From: an uncultured Eubacteriales bacterium
Lineage (GTDB): Bacteria; Bacillota; Clostridia; Oscillospirales; CAG-272
Assembly (NCBI GenBank): GCA_905210485.1
Contig: CAJLXA010000001.1
Span: 39,417 to 103,416 of the forward strand
Reading direction: 5' to 3'
DNA length: 64,000 bases
The notes beneath the pieces were generated by a model, which saw only the letters and a program-made list of their open reading frames with translations, did no database searches and was not told the origin of the DNA. The position numbers and the translations under genes are program-made. Below, in pieces: positions 1 through 9,922 of this stretch; position 1 is the first letter of the stretch, and every line of letters begins with the position of its first letter.

Positions 1-819
1 CCGGTCGCAGTATTCTTTCAGTCTGGTGCGGGGATGGGAGGCGGGATCGGCGGCGGCCGGCGTTTCCGCAGAATTATTTTGCAAAAGTTCCGCACAGGCC
101 GCTCTGGCCGCGCTGATCTCCGCTTTTTTTGTATTCGATCCTTCGCCATAATAGGCGCGGCCGTTTACCGTACAGCGAACGCGGATACACGGTTCATGCT
201 CCGGCCCCGTGACCGAGACGGTTTCGTATTGCCACGGAATCTTTTTCTGCTGACAGTATTCCTGAAGCAGATTCTTCACATTCTTCTGCGGCTTCTCCTT
301 GCAAAGGAAAGCGTCGGGATCAAGCATATCGCCGACCACGGCGGCAGTGGCGGCAAAATCCCCTTTCGTATCCATATAAACCGCGCCCACGATACTTTCA
401 AACAGATCTTCCTTCACCGAAGGCTGCTCCGCGATATGGCGTTCACGGTCACCGCAACTCATGAGAAGATAGCGATGAAGTCCCAGGCAATCCATACGTT
501 CGGAAAGCATGGACTTATCGCTCATATTGCTCTTGAATGTGGAAAAACTGCCCTCGCCGAACCGCGAAAGAAAACCGCGGTCTTCCGTGATTTCCCCGTA
601 CCGGCGCAAAAGGAGCGTCACTACCGACGCGCCGAGAATACTGTCGCCGCAGAACTCCAGCACTTCGTTTGACGGAAGTTCGATTCCGCTTGTCTGCTTT
701 TGCTCATTGGTATAAGAACTACGGCTGAAAGCCTGATAAAGTAAACTTTTGTTTTCAAATTTATAGTTAATTTTTGATTCAATATCCCTGACGGCTTCAT
801 CGGACAAAAGTTTTTTCAT
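1..819 (-). CDS. rnc: ribonuclease III (3' end runs off the window)
   Basis: Minus-strand ORF from ATG 819-817 with GGAGG RBS. It is not in the ORF track because no stop lies inside the window. Translation begins MKKLLSDEAVRDIESKINYKFENKSLLYQAF. RNase III signatures NEVLEFCGDSILG and ESIVGAVYMD are present, followed by a dsRBD (KNLLQEYCQQKKIPWQYE...GEGSNTKKAEISAARAA). Confidence 0.88.
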   Translation of the reverse strand, partial: MKKLLSDEAVRDIESKINYKFENKSLLYQAFSRSSYTNEQKQTSGIELPSNEVLEFCGDSILGASVVTLLLRRYGEITEDRGFLSRFGEGSFSTFKSNMSDKSMLSERMDCLGLHRYLLMSCGDRERHIAEQPSVKEDLFESIVGAVYMDTKGDFAATAAVVGDMLDPDAFLCKEKPQKNVKNLLQEYCQQKKIPWQYETVSVTGPEHEPCIRVRCTVNGRAYYGEGSNTKKAEISAARAACAELLQNNSAETPAAADPASHPRTRLKEYCDR

Positions 820-1004
820 AGCTACCTCCTGCCGCACAAGAACCGTGGCGGCCGTTTCCTTATTATTCTACCATTGAAACCCGACTCTGTCAAGTTTTTC
901 TGCACGGCGCATTTACCAAATTTTTCTCCCCCGCCGTAAGGTTAAAAAGTACGGCAAAGGGAAATACTTTTTTCGGAGTGAATTTGCTCCGAAAAAGGAG
1001 AAAT

Positions 1005-1778
1005 ATGTATTCGGGCAAAGTAGAAATCTGCGGCGTCAATACGTCTCGTCTGAAAGTACTTTCGGACGAGGAAAAACGCTCGCTTCTGTTGCGCGCGTCC
1101 AAAGGCGACGCCGACGCACGCCGTGAACTGATTTACGGCAATCTTCGCCTTGTCCTCAGTGTGATGCAACGCTTTTCCGGCCGACGGGAAGACGTGGACG
1201 ATCTGTTTCAGGTCGGCTGTATCGGTCTTATGAAAGCCATTGATAATTTCAATGTGGAACTTGACGTCAAATTTTCCACCTATGCCGTGCCCATGATCAT
1301 CGGAGAAATACGCCGTTATCTGCGCGACAACAATACGATACGCGTTTCCCGTTCAGTGCGCGATCTGGCCTATCGCGCCCTGCAGGTACGCGAACGCATC
1401 ATGAAAGAAACCGGTTGCGAACCGCCCGTTGAAAAGATTGCGGAAGCCCTTGACGCTGACAAAAAAGCGGTCGCCGCCGCCATGGAAGCCATCGTTGAGC
1501 CGGTATCGCTCTATGAAGCGGCCTATAACGACGGCGACGACTCGGTATATGTCATTGACCAGATAAAGGACACGGAGGACAGCGACGATAACTGGGTGGA
1601 AAATCTCGCGTTGCGGGATGCTTTTGAAAAACTCGGCGAACGCGAAAAAAAGATCATTTCCATGAGGTTTTATCACGGAAAAACACAAATGGAAATTGCC
1701 GAGATGATCGGCATCAGTCAGGCGCAGGTCTCACGACTCGAAAAAGGCGCGCTTGAAAAAATACGCAAGGATCTTTGA
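1005..1778 (+). CDS. sigG: sporulation sigma factor SigG
   Basis: Blocks match B. subtilis SigG as I recall it: KVEICGVNTSRLKVL, GNLRLVLSVMQRF, DDLFQVGCIGLMKAIDNF, KFSTYAVPMIIGEIRRYLRDNN, GISQAQVSRLEK. ATG 1005 follows AAAGGAG; the track ORF begins at an upstream GTG (978). Confidence 0.9.
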   Translation: MYSGKVEICGVNTSRLKVLSDEEKRSLLLRASKGDADARRELIYGNLRLVLSVMQRFSGRREDVDDLFQVGCIGLMKAIDNFNVELDVKFSTYAVPMIIGEIRRYLRDNNTIRVSRSVRDLAYRALQVRERIMKETGCEPPVEKIAEALDADKKAVAAAMEAIVEPVSLYEAAYNDGDDSVYVIDQIKDTEDSDDNWVENLALRDAFEKLGEREKKIISMRFYHGKTQMEIAEMIGISQAQVSRLEKGALEKIRKDL

Positions 1779-1799
1779 CCGTATACGCGCGATTATCGG

Positions 1800-1828
1800 T
1801 TGACAGTACAGACTTTTTGTGGTATACT
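1800..1828 (+). promoter_or_regulatory. sigma-A-type promoter with no adjacent ORF
   Basis: TTGACA (1800-1805), 17-nt spacer, TATACT (1823-1828). Confidence 0.55.
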
Positions 1829-1967
1829 GAAGACAGAATGTCCGTTTCCTCTATGATGATCCGTTATCGGCCGTTCCACGGCCGATATGGCGGCGCGCCC
1901 GGCGCTTTTCCGTAACCTTATACGGAAAGCGTATCGCGGCGCTCCCGGTCAGGCACACGCTTTTCAC

Positions 1968-2006
1968 GCCCGGACGCGGCTTTCTGCGCACCGGGCTTTG
2001 TTTTTT
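1968..2006 (+). terminator. intrinsic terminator ending the unit started at 1800
   Basis: GCCCGG...CCGGGC stem with inner GCG/CGC pairs, followed by TTTGTTTTTT. Confidence 0.55.
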
Positions 2007-2103
2007 CGCATATTTTCGGAACAGGCTATGATGAATACAGCGATAAACGCGAAAGATACATGTTCCATGACCATGTCGACATTATGAAAGTGAGGAAAAC
2101 GCA

Positions 2104-2451
2104 ATGGATTTTAACGACCCGAACAACGACCCGAACGATCCCCGGATATATTACCAGTTACTTGAGTTCAAGATCGCCGAAATGGAAGAAAAAAACGCAA
2201 AGGAACATCTTGACGAAATCCGCGCAGAGCGCGTCGCACTCGAAAAAGAAGGGCTCAAACACCCGAGGCGCATGAACAAAGAACGGCTCGAATTTCTGAA
2301 ACGCCAAGAACGCAACGCGGAAAAACGCTACCGGAAGGCCCAAAACGACCTCGCACGAATGAACTGTGTTTTTTGGTTTTTCACTATCGTTGAAGCCATC
2401 GCCGTCATCGCCTTCGCAATTTTTCTTTTATTTGCTTGTGTTATTAAATGA
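2104..2451 (+). CDS. hypothetical tail-anchored coiled-coil membrane protein
   Basis: GAGGA RBS upstream of the ATG. About 85 charged coiled-coil-like residues are followed by one C-terminal TM (CVFWFFTIVEAIAVIAFAIFLLFACVI). No family recognised. Confidence 0.55.
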   Translation: MDFNDPNNDPNDPRIYYQLLEFKIAEMEEKNAKEHLDEIRAERVALEKEGLKHPRRMNKERLEFLKRQERNAEKRYRKAQNDLARMNCVFWFFTIVEAIAVIAFAIFLLFACVIK

Positions 2452-2605
2452 CCGTAAACGAATGTTGAGAAATAAACATTTCATTCTCAACGTCATGCAT
2501 TTTAAATAAATATCGGCATTTACCATGACGATCCCGGCGGCGTCATTTAATACCGTTTACATTATCCCGGCAAATTTCAGCAATCAAAGGAGCGCGCGCT
2601 TTTTC

Positions 2606-3589
2606 ATGCATATCGGAAAAACCTTTCTGCCGCACGGCCTTATGCTCGGCCCGATGGCCGGATACAGCGACTACGCGATGCGCTGTATCGCCAGAGAAAA
2701 CGGCGCGGAATATACCGTCAGCGAAATGGTATCCGCCAAGGCGCTCTGCTACCACGATAAAAAAACGCCGCTTCTCGCCCGCGTCCGGGCGGAAGAGATG
2801 CCGATGGCCGTTCAGATATTCGGTGCCGACCCCGGCGCAATGGCCGAGGGGGCGGCGATGGTCGCCGAAGGCATGGCAGGCGGCGTTATGCCATCGGCCA
2901 TTGACATCAACATGGGTTGTCCCGTTCCGAAGATTGTAGGAAACGGCGAGGGGAGCGCCCTGATGACAAAGCCTGCGCTGGTGCGGGAAATCGTTGCCGC
3001 CGTATGCCGTGCCGTCCGTATTCCCGTCACCGTGAAAATCCGCTCAGGATTCGACGATACGCATAAAAACGCCGTGGAAATTGCCGCGCTTGCCGAAGAG
3101 GCGGGGGCGGCCGCTGTAACCGTACACGCCAGAACAAGAAAGCAATATTATGCGGGCAAGGCCGATCTGTCGGTCATTGCGGACGTAAAACGCGCATTGA
3201 CGGTTCCCGTCGTCGGCAACGGCGACATTCTGTCCGCCGACGACGCCGTCCGCATGAAAGAGGTCGCGGGATGCGACGGGCTCATGGTCGCGCGCGGCGC
3301 CATCGGCAATCCGGCGCTGTTCCGCGAAATCATCTGCCGCTTTGACGGCGCCCCCTATACGCCGCCGACGCGGGAAGAAAAAATCGAAACCGCCATGAAA
3401 CAATTGCGTCTCTCGATTGCAGACAAGGGCGAATACATCGCCGTCCGCGAATGTCGCAAACAACTTCTCCACTACATAAGCCGTCTCCGCGGCGCGGCGG
3501 AGATACGCGCGCGGATCGCGCTTGCCGAAACGCCGGAAGAGGTGGAGGCGGCGCTGACCGATTCTCTTCTTCTCGCCGAGCAGTCATGA
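2606..3589 (+). CDS. dusB: tRNA-dihydrouridine synthase
   Basis: Dus motifs LGPMAGYSDYAMR, DINMGCPVPKIV, VTVKIRSG and VTVHARTRKQYYAGKAD. Start moved to ATG 2606 (MHIGKTF), which follows AAAGGAG; the track ORF starts at 2525. Confidence 0.88.
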   Translation: MHIGKTFLPHGLMLGPMAGYSDYAMRCIARENGAEYTVSEMVSAKALCYHDKKTPLLARVRAEEMPMAVQIFGADPGAMAEGAAMVAEGMAGGVMPSAIDINMGCPVPKIVGNGEGSALMTKPALVREIVAAVCRAVRIPVTVKIRSGFDDTHKNAVEIAALAEEAGAAAVTVHARTRKQYYAGKADLSVIADVKRALTVPVVGNGDILSADDAVRMKEVAGCDGLMVARGAIGNPALFREIICRFDGAPYTPPTREEKIETAMKQLRLSIADKGEYIAVRECRKQLLHYISRLRGAAEIRARIALAETPEEVEAALTDSLLLAEQS

Positions 3590-3600
3590 TTTTTATTATA

Positions 3601-3623
3601 TTGTAAATAAAAGTTTGCATTTT
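3601..3623 (+). repeat. intergenic motif copy A (TTGTAAAT-N5-TTTGCATTTT)
   Basis: TTGTAAATAAAAGTTTGCATTTT, 12 nt after the dusB stop and about 60 nt before the CPBP start. Confidence 0.6.
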
Positions 3624-3682
3624 ATTATATATTACAATGATAACGGGCGTGAATAGCTGACCCGTTCACGGAGGAAATTTTC

Positions 3683-4528
3683 ATGAAATTCAGAAAAGCC
3701 GTTTTGATTCCCGCCATAGCGGTGGCCGTGTTTCTGTTCATGCAGACCGTTTTTTCCCTTCTCGGCCTGTTCGCGCTGACCCGGGTGGCGGCGCGTATCA
3801 GCGATAAAGCCGTCATGATACTTTTATCTTCGTACGACATTCTGCTGAACAGCCTCTATTCCGTTTCCATGCTCGCTTCGCTGTTCAGTAACCTTGTCAC
3901 GGCGGCCGTTTTGTGCGCCCTTCCTTTCATCGCGCGGGAAACGCCGGAAGAGGGACTGTCTGTCCGCGAATGTAAGTACAGCGTCATCCCGCTTTCGATT
4001 CTCTTCGGCATCACCGCGTCTGCCGCCATCGGTATCCTTTGGGAAATGATACCGTTCCCGGAATCCATGTGGGACGAATACAACGCTCTGCTTGGCAGCA
4101 CCGTGGTCGAAAACAACGTGATAACGTTTCTTGCCGTGGCCGTCATGGCGCCGATCACCGAAGAACTGCTTTTCCGCGCGCTGATCTGCGGCGGCTTTTC
4201 TTCCGCCATGCCGAAGTGGCTCGCCGTCTTCCTTTCCGCATTGATTTTCGGCATTATCCACGGCAATCTTATTCAGGGAAGCTATGCTTTTTGTTTCGGG
4301 CTCATTCTCGGATTCTTCTTTATCCGCACGTGCTCGGTGATCCCCGGCATATTGATTCATGTCGGTTTCAACAGTGCTTCCTACTTTTTCGCACCGCTTG
4401 ACTCGTTGCCGGAGATGCTTGCCGGAACCGTCATGCTTATCATTGCCGCGGCGTCCGTTCTGCTCTTCTTCATTCTGCTTTTTGTCACGCGCGATAAGAC
4501 CAATGCCTCCCGCCCGCTTGTCGCTTAA
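3683..4528 (+). CDS. CPBP family intramembrane glutamic endopeptidase (CAAX protease-like)
   Basis: Polytopic membrane protein with CPBP motifs APITEELLFRALI (EExxxR) and FGIIHGN (FxxxH). Confidence 0.8.
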   Translation: MKFRKAVLIPAIAVAVFLFMQTVFSLLGLFALTRVAARISDKAVMILLSSYDILLNSLYSVSMLASLFSNLVTAAVLCALPFIARETPEEGLSVRECKYSVIPLSILFGITASAAIGILWEMIPFPESMWDEYNALLGSTVVENNVITFLAVAVMAPITEELLFRALICGGFSSAMPKWLAVFLSALIFGIIHGNLIQGSYAFCFGLILGFFFIRTCSVIPGILIHVGFNSASYFFAPLDSLPEMLAGTVMLIIAAASVLLFFILLFVTRDKTNASRPLVA

Positions 4529-4637
4529 ACGTTACGGCCTCCAATAAAGAGCCCCCGCGGTTTCCACGGTTTTTCTCTGTTTCCATAAAAAAATCGTATA
4601 ATTCTCCTCCATAATTGTAAATATTTTAAAAACTGTA

Positions 4638-4666
4638 TTGCAATTTCTTATATCGTGTGCTATACT
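4638..4666 (+). promoter_or_regulatory. sigma-A-type promoter of mgtC-like gene
   Basis: TTGCAA (4638-4643), 17 nt, TATACT (4661-4666). Confidence 0.55.
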
Positions 4667-4738
4667 CTAATATATTTTTATATCCGCACACGCATGACGG
4701 TACGCCGTCACAGAGCGAATTATGAAGGAGCGTTTATC

Positions 4739-5461
4739 ATGTACGAAATTTCGTTTGTACAGGACCTTGTCAACGGGTTCACCGGACAATGGGTTTATGT
4801 CCTGCGATTACTTCTCGCGTGTCTTTGCGGCGGCGCGATCGGCATCGAACGAACGCTTCGCCAGAAAGACGCCGGCTTCCGCACGCATATGATCGTGGCC
4901 ATGGGCGCGGCGCTGATGACCATTGTTTCCAAATACGGCTTTCTCGACGTGGTTACGTCGGATATTCTGATCGGCGACGTCCGTGTGGACGTTTCCCGTG
5001 TGGCCTCCAACATCATCACGGGTATTTCGTTTCTCGGCGCCGGCATGATCTTTGCCAACGGATCCAGTATAAAGGGTCTGACGACCGCCGCCGGTATTCT
5101 GGTCACCGCAACCGCCGGTATGGCCATCGGCGCGGGGCTCTATACCACCGGCATCATCGCTACGGCACTGGTCATCATCATTCAGATCGTTTTCCACACG
5201 TTTCTCATCGGCTTCGACAAAGTGCTCGCCAACGACATTACCCATGACATGGTCGTACGCCTGAAAGCCTCTCCCGAAGCCATTATCCGCCTGAAAGAAC
5301 GGCTGAAAGAACATGACATTTCCGTCATGGGCACAAAAATCACCTCCGACGACCGTTCGTTTGTCGTTCTTCTGTCGGTCAAATGCAGTAAACACACCGA
5401 TCTCGACGAAGTTGCCGCCATTTTAAGTGAAAACGAGGACGTCATGTCCGTAACTCTCTGA
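4739..5461 (+). CDS. MgtC/SapB family membrane protein
   Basis: LLACLCGGAIGIERTLRQKDAGFRTHMIVAMGAALM matches the MgtC N-terminal domain. ATG 4739 follows GAAGGAG; the track ORF starts at 4655. Confidence 0.85.
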   Translation: MYEISFVQDLVNGFTGQWVYVLRLLLACLCGGAIGIERTLRQKDAGFRTHMIVAMGAALMTIVSKYGFLDVVTSDILIGDVRVDVSRVASNIITGISFLGAGMIFANGSSIKGLTTAAGILVTATAGMAIGAGLYTTGIIATALVIIIQIVFHTFLIGFDKVLANDITHDMVVRLKASPEAIIRLKERLKEHDISVMGTKITSDDRSFVVLLSVKCSKHTDLDEVAAILSENEDVMSVTL

Positions 5462-5482
5462 CAGATACATTTCATACATAAA

Positions 5483-5517
5483 ACAGGCCGGGCGCTTTTG
5501 CGCCCGGCCTGTTTTAT
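5483..5517. terminator. bidirectional intrinsic terminator between convergent genes
   Basis: 13-bp perfect stem ACAGGCCGGGCGC / GCGCCCGGCCTGT with a TTTT loop. It is flanked by A-run and T-run. Confidence 0.8.
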
Positions 5518-5537
5518 CCGGCTGTTTTTATTAAGGG

Positions 5538-6383
5538 TCAGAATTCCAAGGTCATGCCGTCATAGGATACGAGAATCCCATCCTTTTCCACTTTCTTCTG
5601 CAAGGCATCGTAGTTCATGCCGCCGTTATGTGAAAAATGATTCAGGACGATCTTCGTTTTTTCCGTTATCAGGTGTTCGTTTTTCATCCGTTCAATCACT
5701 TCATACGCCGTTTCCAGATTCATGTGTCCGTTGCGCACACCTTTCACCAATATACTCGTGCAGTCCAGCGATACAAGATCAAACGGTTCCATTGCGGAAA
5801 GCGCCTGCCACGTTTCTTCAAAGAAGTAACCGGTGTCATGCGCATAAAGCAACCGTTTGCCGTCGCGCTCAATGGCATAAATCACGGGCGTGGATGCGGG
5901 CGAATGATTGGCGGCAAGAGGCGTTACGGTGTAGCCGAGCGTCGTAAAGGGCACAAACGGCGTTATCTCGACGCATGCCAGACGATTGTTCAGGATGCCG
6001 GGAGTGCCTTTCTCTGCTGTGTCCACCGTATGCCGGTAAGCGGCGGTCGGCTGATAGACCGTAAGCGGCGGATATTTCTCCGGCTCTTCGGGAAGAAAGC
6101 CGTAACCGATGCCACGCGCCGCAAGATCTTCGGGATACAGATGATCCGAATGATCATGCGTAATCAAAAGCGACTGTATACGGTAAAGTTCCAGACCGTA
6201 TCGGTTCATATGCCAAAGCGAATCGGCCGGAAAGTCAATCAGCAATTCATCATTGATCAGAGCCTGCGAGCGACTGCGGATATTGCGCCCGCCAAGGCGG
6301 CGCGCCTCGCGGCAGGTATCGCAATCGCAAAATATAGCGGGTATACCCTCATATGCCGCCGTTCCGAGATATTGCAGTTTCAT
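5538..6383 (-). CDS. MBL-fold metallo-hydrolase (PhnP-like)
   Basis: HxHxDH motif LLITHDHSDHL and an N-terminal Cys cluster (CDCDTC) as in PhnP-type phosphodiesterases. Confidence 0.75.
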   Translation of the reverse strand: MKLQYLGTAAYEGIPAIFCDCDTCREARRLGGRNIRSRSQALINDELLIDFPADSLWHMNRYGLELYRIQSLLITHDHSDHLYPEDLAARGIGYGFLPEEPEKYPPLTVYQPTAAYRHTVDTAEKGTPGILNNRLACVEITPFVPFTTLGYTVTPLAANHSPASTPVIYAIERDGKRLLYAHDTGYFFEETWQALSAMEPFDLVSLDCTSILVKGVRNGHMNLETAYEVIERMKNEHLITEKTKIVLNHFSHNGGMNYDALQKKVEKDGILVSYDGMTLEF

Positions 6384-6546
6384 ATTCTATTCTCCTTATA
6401 ATAGCGATTATGCGCTTTATTTCAGGATCAGTCTGCTTCTGCTGTCGGTATACAAATTCCATTATAAAAGAAACCAAGCCTGCCTGCAAAAAAGTTTTTT
6501 CTGCCGGCGGCGTATTCGCCCCTTTGCCGTAAGAGTGTCAACGGCA

Positions 6547-7056
6547 TTAATGTCCGTTATTATTTCTCCGGAAAACGAACAGTTTGGAAAAAACATAGTT
6601 GAGGATTACAACAATCACCGCCGAAGCGGCCTTGACAATCAAGGCGTCGTATGACAGCCATGTAACGAACACAAGAAGCGCGCCCTCCGCAAAAAGAAGC
6701 GTTGCCACGCGACTGCCGGCAAAACGCAGGATTTCCGTCACCACATCAAGAAAAGTATGACCGTGGGCAGAGAACACATAGTGCCGGTTCGTGACAAAGG
6801 CAAACGCCACGGCGAGAACCCATGCCGTTATATTCGACAGGTGCTCGTCGATATTTGCCACTTCATTCATAAGAAAAAACGTGATGAAATCCACCGCCGT
6901 GGTAAGGGCGCCGAAAAGGAGATAAAGGAGCACCTCCTTATACTTCGTATAAAACGGCCGGAAAACGCGCAGAAGCGGCAACGTCATTATGCGGTCGAAA
7001 ATATCGGGAGAACGTTTCTCCTCCTCTTCGGTATCCATTGAATACGGTTCCTGCAT
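6547..7056 (-). CDS. GtrA family membrane protein
   Basis: Four-TM small protein with a GtrA-like N-terminus (LLYLLFGALTTAVDFITFFLM). GGAGAAACC precedes the ATG. Confidence 0.7.
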   Translation of the reverse strand: MQEPYSMDTEEEEKRSPDIFDRIMTLPLLRVFRPFYTKYKEVLLYLLFGALTTAVDFITFFLMNEVANIDEHLSNITAWVLAVAFAFVTNRHYVFSAHGHTFLDVVTEILRFAGSRVATLLFAEGALLVFVTWLSYDALIVKAASAVIVVILNYVFSKLFVFRRNNNGH

Positions 7057-7117
7057 GGTTTCTCCGTAAACGACGGACCGCGCCCGGTATCTCCGCCCGC
7101 GGCCGCTGCCGTTTTTA

Positions 7118-8509
7118 TCAGAATTTCAGTTTATCTTCGATATACGCGCGCACATCGGCGATGGGGAGACGAACCTGCTCCATCGTGTCGCGGTCACGCA
7201 CGGTCACGCAACCGTCCGTTTCGGTGTCGAAGTCATAGGTAATGCAGAACGGCGTGCCGATCTCATCTTCACGGCGGTAACGCTTGCCGATCGAACCGGC
7301 TTCGTCAAAGTCGACGTTGAAATACTTGCGAAGTTCATCGGCGAGCAGGATCGCCTTATCGGAAAGTTTTTTGGACAGCGGAAGAACGGCGGCTTTAATC
7401 GGCGCCAGAGCGGGATGCAGGTGCAGAACCGTGCGGACGTCTCCCTCGCCGATCGTCTCTTCATCATAAGCATCGATGAGGAATGCCAGCGCGACGCGGT
7501 CGGCGCCGAGAGACGGCTCGATGACATACGGGATATATTTCTGATTGGTTTCGGGGTCGAAATAGGACATATCGGTACCGCTGTGATTCTGATGCTGCGT
7601 CAGGTCATAATCGGTACGGTCGGCGATACCCCAGAGTTCGCCCCAGCCGAACGGGAAAAGATATTCAAAGTCGGTCGTTGCCTTGGAATAGAAGCAAAGT
7701 TCGTCTTTGTCGTGGTCGCGGAGACGGAGATTTTCCTTTTTCATGCCGAGGTTATACAAAAAGTCGGCGCAATACTGCTTCCAATACGCAAACCATTCAA
7801 GGTCGGTGCCGGGCTTGCAGAAGAATTCCAGTTCCATCTGCTCAAATTCACGGGTACGGAACACAAAGTTACCGGGCGTGATCTCATTGCGGAAAGATTT
7901 GCCGATCTGGCCGACGCCGAAGGGCAGTTTGCGGCGCGTGGTACGCGCAACATTCAGGAAATTCACAAAAATGCCCTGCGCGGTTTCCGGACGCAGATAA
8001 AGCTGAGAAGACGAATCTTCGGTGACCCCCTGAAACGTCTTGAACATCAGGTTGAATTTACGGATACCCGTAAAGTTTTTGCCGCCGCATACGGGGCAGG
8101 TGATGCCCTTTTCGGCAATATACTTTTCCATTTCCTCGTTCGTGAACGCGGCGGGATTATCGGAAAGACCGTTCTTTGCGGCATAGTCCTCGATCAGTTT
8201 GTCGGCGCGGTGACGCGCTTTGCAATCTTTGCAGTCCATCAGAGGATCGGAAAAACCGCCCACGTGACCCGACGCGACCCATACTTCGGGATTGACGATG
8301 ATGGCGCTGTCAAGACCGACATTGTAGCGGGATTCCTGCACGAATTTTTTCCACCATGCTTTTTTCACATTGTTCTTGAACTCCACGCCGAGCGGACCGT
8401 AGTCCCACGAATTGGCGAGGCCGCCGTAAATCTCGCTACCGGCATAAATGAAGCCGCGTCCTTTGCACAAGGCCACGATTTTGTCCATGGTTTTCAGTTT
8501 GTTGTCCAT
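7118..8509 (-). CDS. glyQS: glycine--tRNA ligase (single-chain GlyQS)
   Basis: N-terminus [34 protein letters not shown], class II aaRS motifs, 463 aa. Confidence 0.95.
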   Translation of the reverse strand: MDNKLKTMDKIVALCKGRGFIYAGSEIYGGLANSWDYGPLGVEFKNNVKKAWWKKFVQESRYNVGLDSAIIVNPEVWVASGHVGGFSDPLMDCKDCKARHRADKLIEDYAAKNGLSDNPAAFTNEEMEKYIAEKGITCPVCGGKNFTGIRKFNLMFKTFQGVTEDSSSQLYLRPETAQGIFVNFLNVARTTRRKLPFGVGQIGKSFRNEITPGNFVFRTREFEQMELEFFCKPGTDLEWFAYWKQYCADFLYNLGMKKENLRLRDHDKDELCFYSKATTDFEYLFPFGWGELWGIADRTDYDLTQHQNHSGTDMSYFDPETNQKYIPYVIEPSLGADRVALAFLIDAYDEETIGEGDVRTVLHLHPALAPIKAAVLPLSKKLSDKAILLADELRKYFNVDFDEAGSIGKRYRREDEIGTPFCITYDFDTETDGCVTVRDRDTMEQVRLPIADVRAYIEDKLKF

Positions 8510-8536
8510 TTTCTTTCTCCGTATTTATATATGTAT

Positions 8537-8559
8537 TTGTAAATTATAGTTTGCATTTT
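8537..8559 (+). repeat. intergenic motif copy B
   Basis: TTGTAAATTATAGTTTGCATTTT, located between the mtaB stop (8564) and the glyQS start (8509). Confidence 0.6.
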
Positions 8560-8563
8560 GCTT

Positions 8564-9922
8564 TTATTCTTCGATTTCACCGATGATCTTATCGCCGTCA
8601 GTTGCCAGCGGTATCACATTGGCAATGGCGCCGTGAAGATTCCTGTCCGACCTGACGGCACATTCGATGAAGTTTTCGCTGTGGCCGGCGGAAAAGCCGT
8701 TGCGATAGGTTTCAAAAAGCACGGAAAGAGGCGTCTTGTTTTCGACGGTCGCCGCAAGATTCTCGCGCGTCATGGCCGAAGAAAGCGCCATCAGTTCCGC
8801 CACGCGTTCATGTTTGACGTCTTCGGGAATCTGATGCGGATAGGAAGCCGCGGGCGTATTTTTACGTCTGGAGTATGCAAATACATGCATGGAAAGGAAG
8901 TGCGCCTCGCGCGAAAAAGAAAGCGTTTCACGGAAATTCTCTTCGGTCTCGCCGGGGAAACCGACCATCATATCGGTCGTCAGCATAAGCCGCGGATAAG
9001 CGGTGCGCAGGAGCCGTATCCCGTTCATTGCCTGCTCGCTGTTATAGCGGCGATGCATAGCGCGCAGAACCGCGTCGCTCCCGCTTTGCATGGATATATG
9101 AAAATGCGGCACCGGCTTTTTCAGGGAAGCAAGGCGCGTAACAAAAGGTTCACGGAAAAGTTCCGGCGTCAGCGAACCGAGGCGGATACGTTCGATCGGG
9201 CTATCCCTCTCAAGCAATGTCAACAGATCAATCAGGCGGAATCCGCCGAGATCCACGCCGTAAGAGGCAGTCTCGATGCCGGTCAGAACCACTTCTCGCG
9301 TACCGCCGGCGACCAGTGCGTTCACCTCTTTCAGCACATCTTCGGGCGCTTTTGAACGAACGCGGCCGCGCGCCGCCGGAATGGCGCAATAGGTACAGCG
9401 ACATTCGCAACCGTCCTCAATCTTCACATAGGCACGCGTGCGCGGAGCACTGCGGACATGCATCGGCTCAAACGGTTCTGCCTCTATGTCGGTCACGGCA
9501 GTGACCGGCGATGCGGCCTGTCCCGCATGTCGCGCGGCCAGAATACGAAGCGCCGCGTCGGGGATTTTCATTTTATCGCCGCTGCCTCCGACATACGCAA
9601 CGCCGGGAATGGCCGCACACTGCTCCGGAGAAGTCTGCGAATAGCAACCCGTCACCATGACAACGGCGTCGGGGGACAGCGATACGGCCCTTCGGATCAT
9701 CTGCCGCGACTTGCGGTCGGATTCGGCCGTCACGGTGCAGGTATTGATGACATATACGTCGGCTCTTTCGGTAAAAGCGACCTCGGAAAAACCGCGTGCA
9801 AGAAAAGCCTCCCGTATTGCCTCGGTCTCATACTGCGAAACCTTGCATCCGAGAGTATGAAAGGCAACGGTTATCGGCTGATCCACGGAACTTTCTCCTT
9901 CTGTGACAGAATTGAATGACAT
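8564..9922 (-). CDS. mtaB: tRNA methylthiotransferase (MtaB/MiaB family radical SAM)
   Basis: VAFHTLGCKVSQYETE N-domain, radical-SAM CECRCTYC, C-terminal TRAM-like region. Start set at ATG 9922. The track ORF extends 60 codons further to 10102; those codons look non-homologous. Confidence 0.85.
   Translation of the reverse strand: MSFNSVTEGESSVDQPITVAFHTLGCKVSQYETEAIREAFLARGFSEVAFTERADVYVINTCTVTAESDRKSRQMIRRAVSLSPDAVVMVTGCYSQTSPEQCAAIPGVAYVGGSGDKMKIPDAALRILAARHAGQAASPVTAVTDIEAEPFEPMHVRSAPRTRAYVKIEDGCECRCTYCAIPAARGRVRSKAPEDVLKEVNALVAGGTREVVLTGIETASYGVDLGGFRLIDLLTLLERDSPIERIRLGSLTPELFREPFVTRLASLKKPVPHFHISMQSGSDAVLRAMHRRYNSEQAMNGIRLLRTAYPRLMLTTDMMVGFPGETEENFRETLSFSREAHFLSMHVFAYSRRKNTPAASYPHQIPEDVKHERVAELMALSSAMTRENLAATVENKTPLSVLFETYRNGFSAGHSENFIECAVRSDRNLHGAIANVIPLATDGDKIIGEIEE

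Noticed and set aside
34-672. 212-aa plus-strand ORF from the track (MGGGIGGGRRFRR...)
   Set aside because: It is antisense to a clear RNase III gene. It has Gly/Arg-rich low-complexity composition, no RBS, and the typical shadow-ORF pattern of a GC-rich gene.
930-1004. SigF/SigG-type forespore promoter upstream of sigG
   Set aside because: There is only a partial match: GGAAATACTT as a possible -10, with a poor -35. That is not enough to call.
4529-4738. Possible M-box (Mg2+) riboswitch upstream of the MgtC-like gene
   Set aside because: The predicted promoter leaves a 5' UTR of only about 70 nt. It has no extended helices and no terminator.
8510-8563. Expected T-box leader upstream of glyQS
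   Set aside because: Only 54 nt separate glyQS from the mtaB stop. No specifier loop, T-box sequence or terminator can fit there. glyQS appears to be co-transcribed with mtaB.
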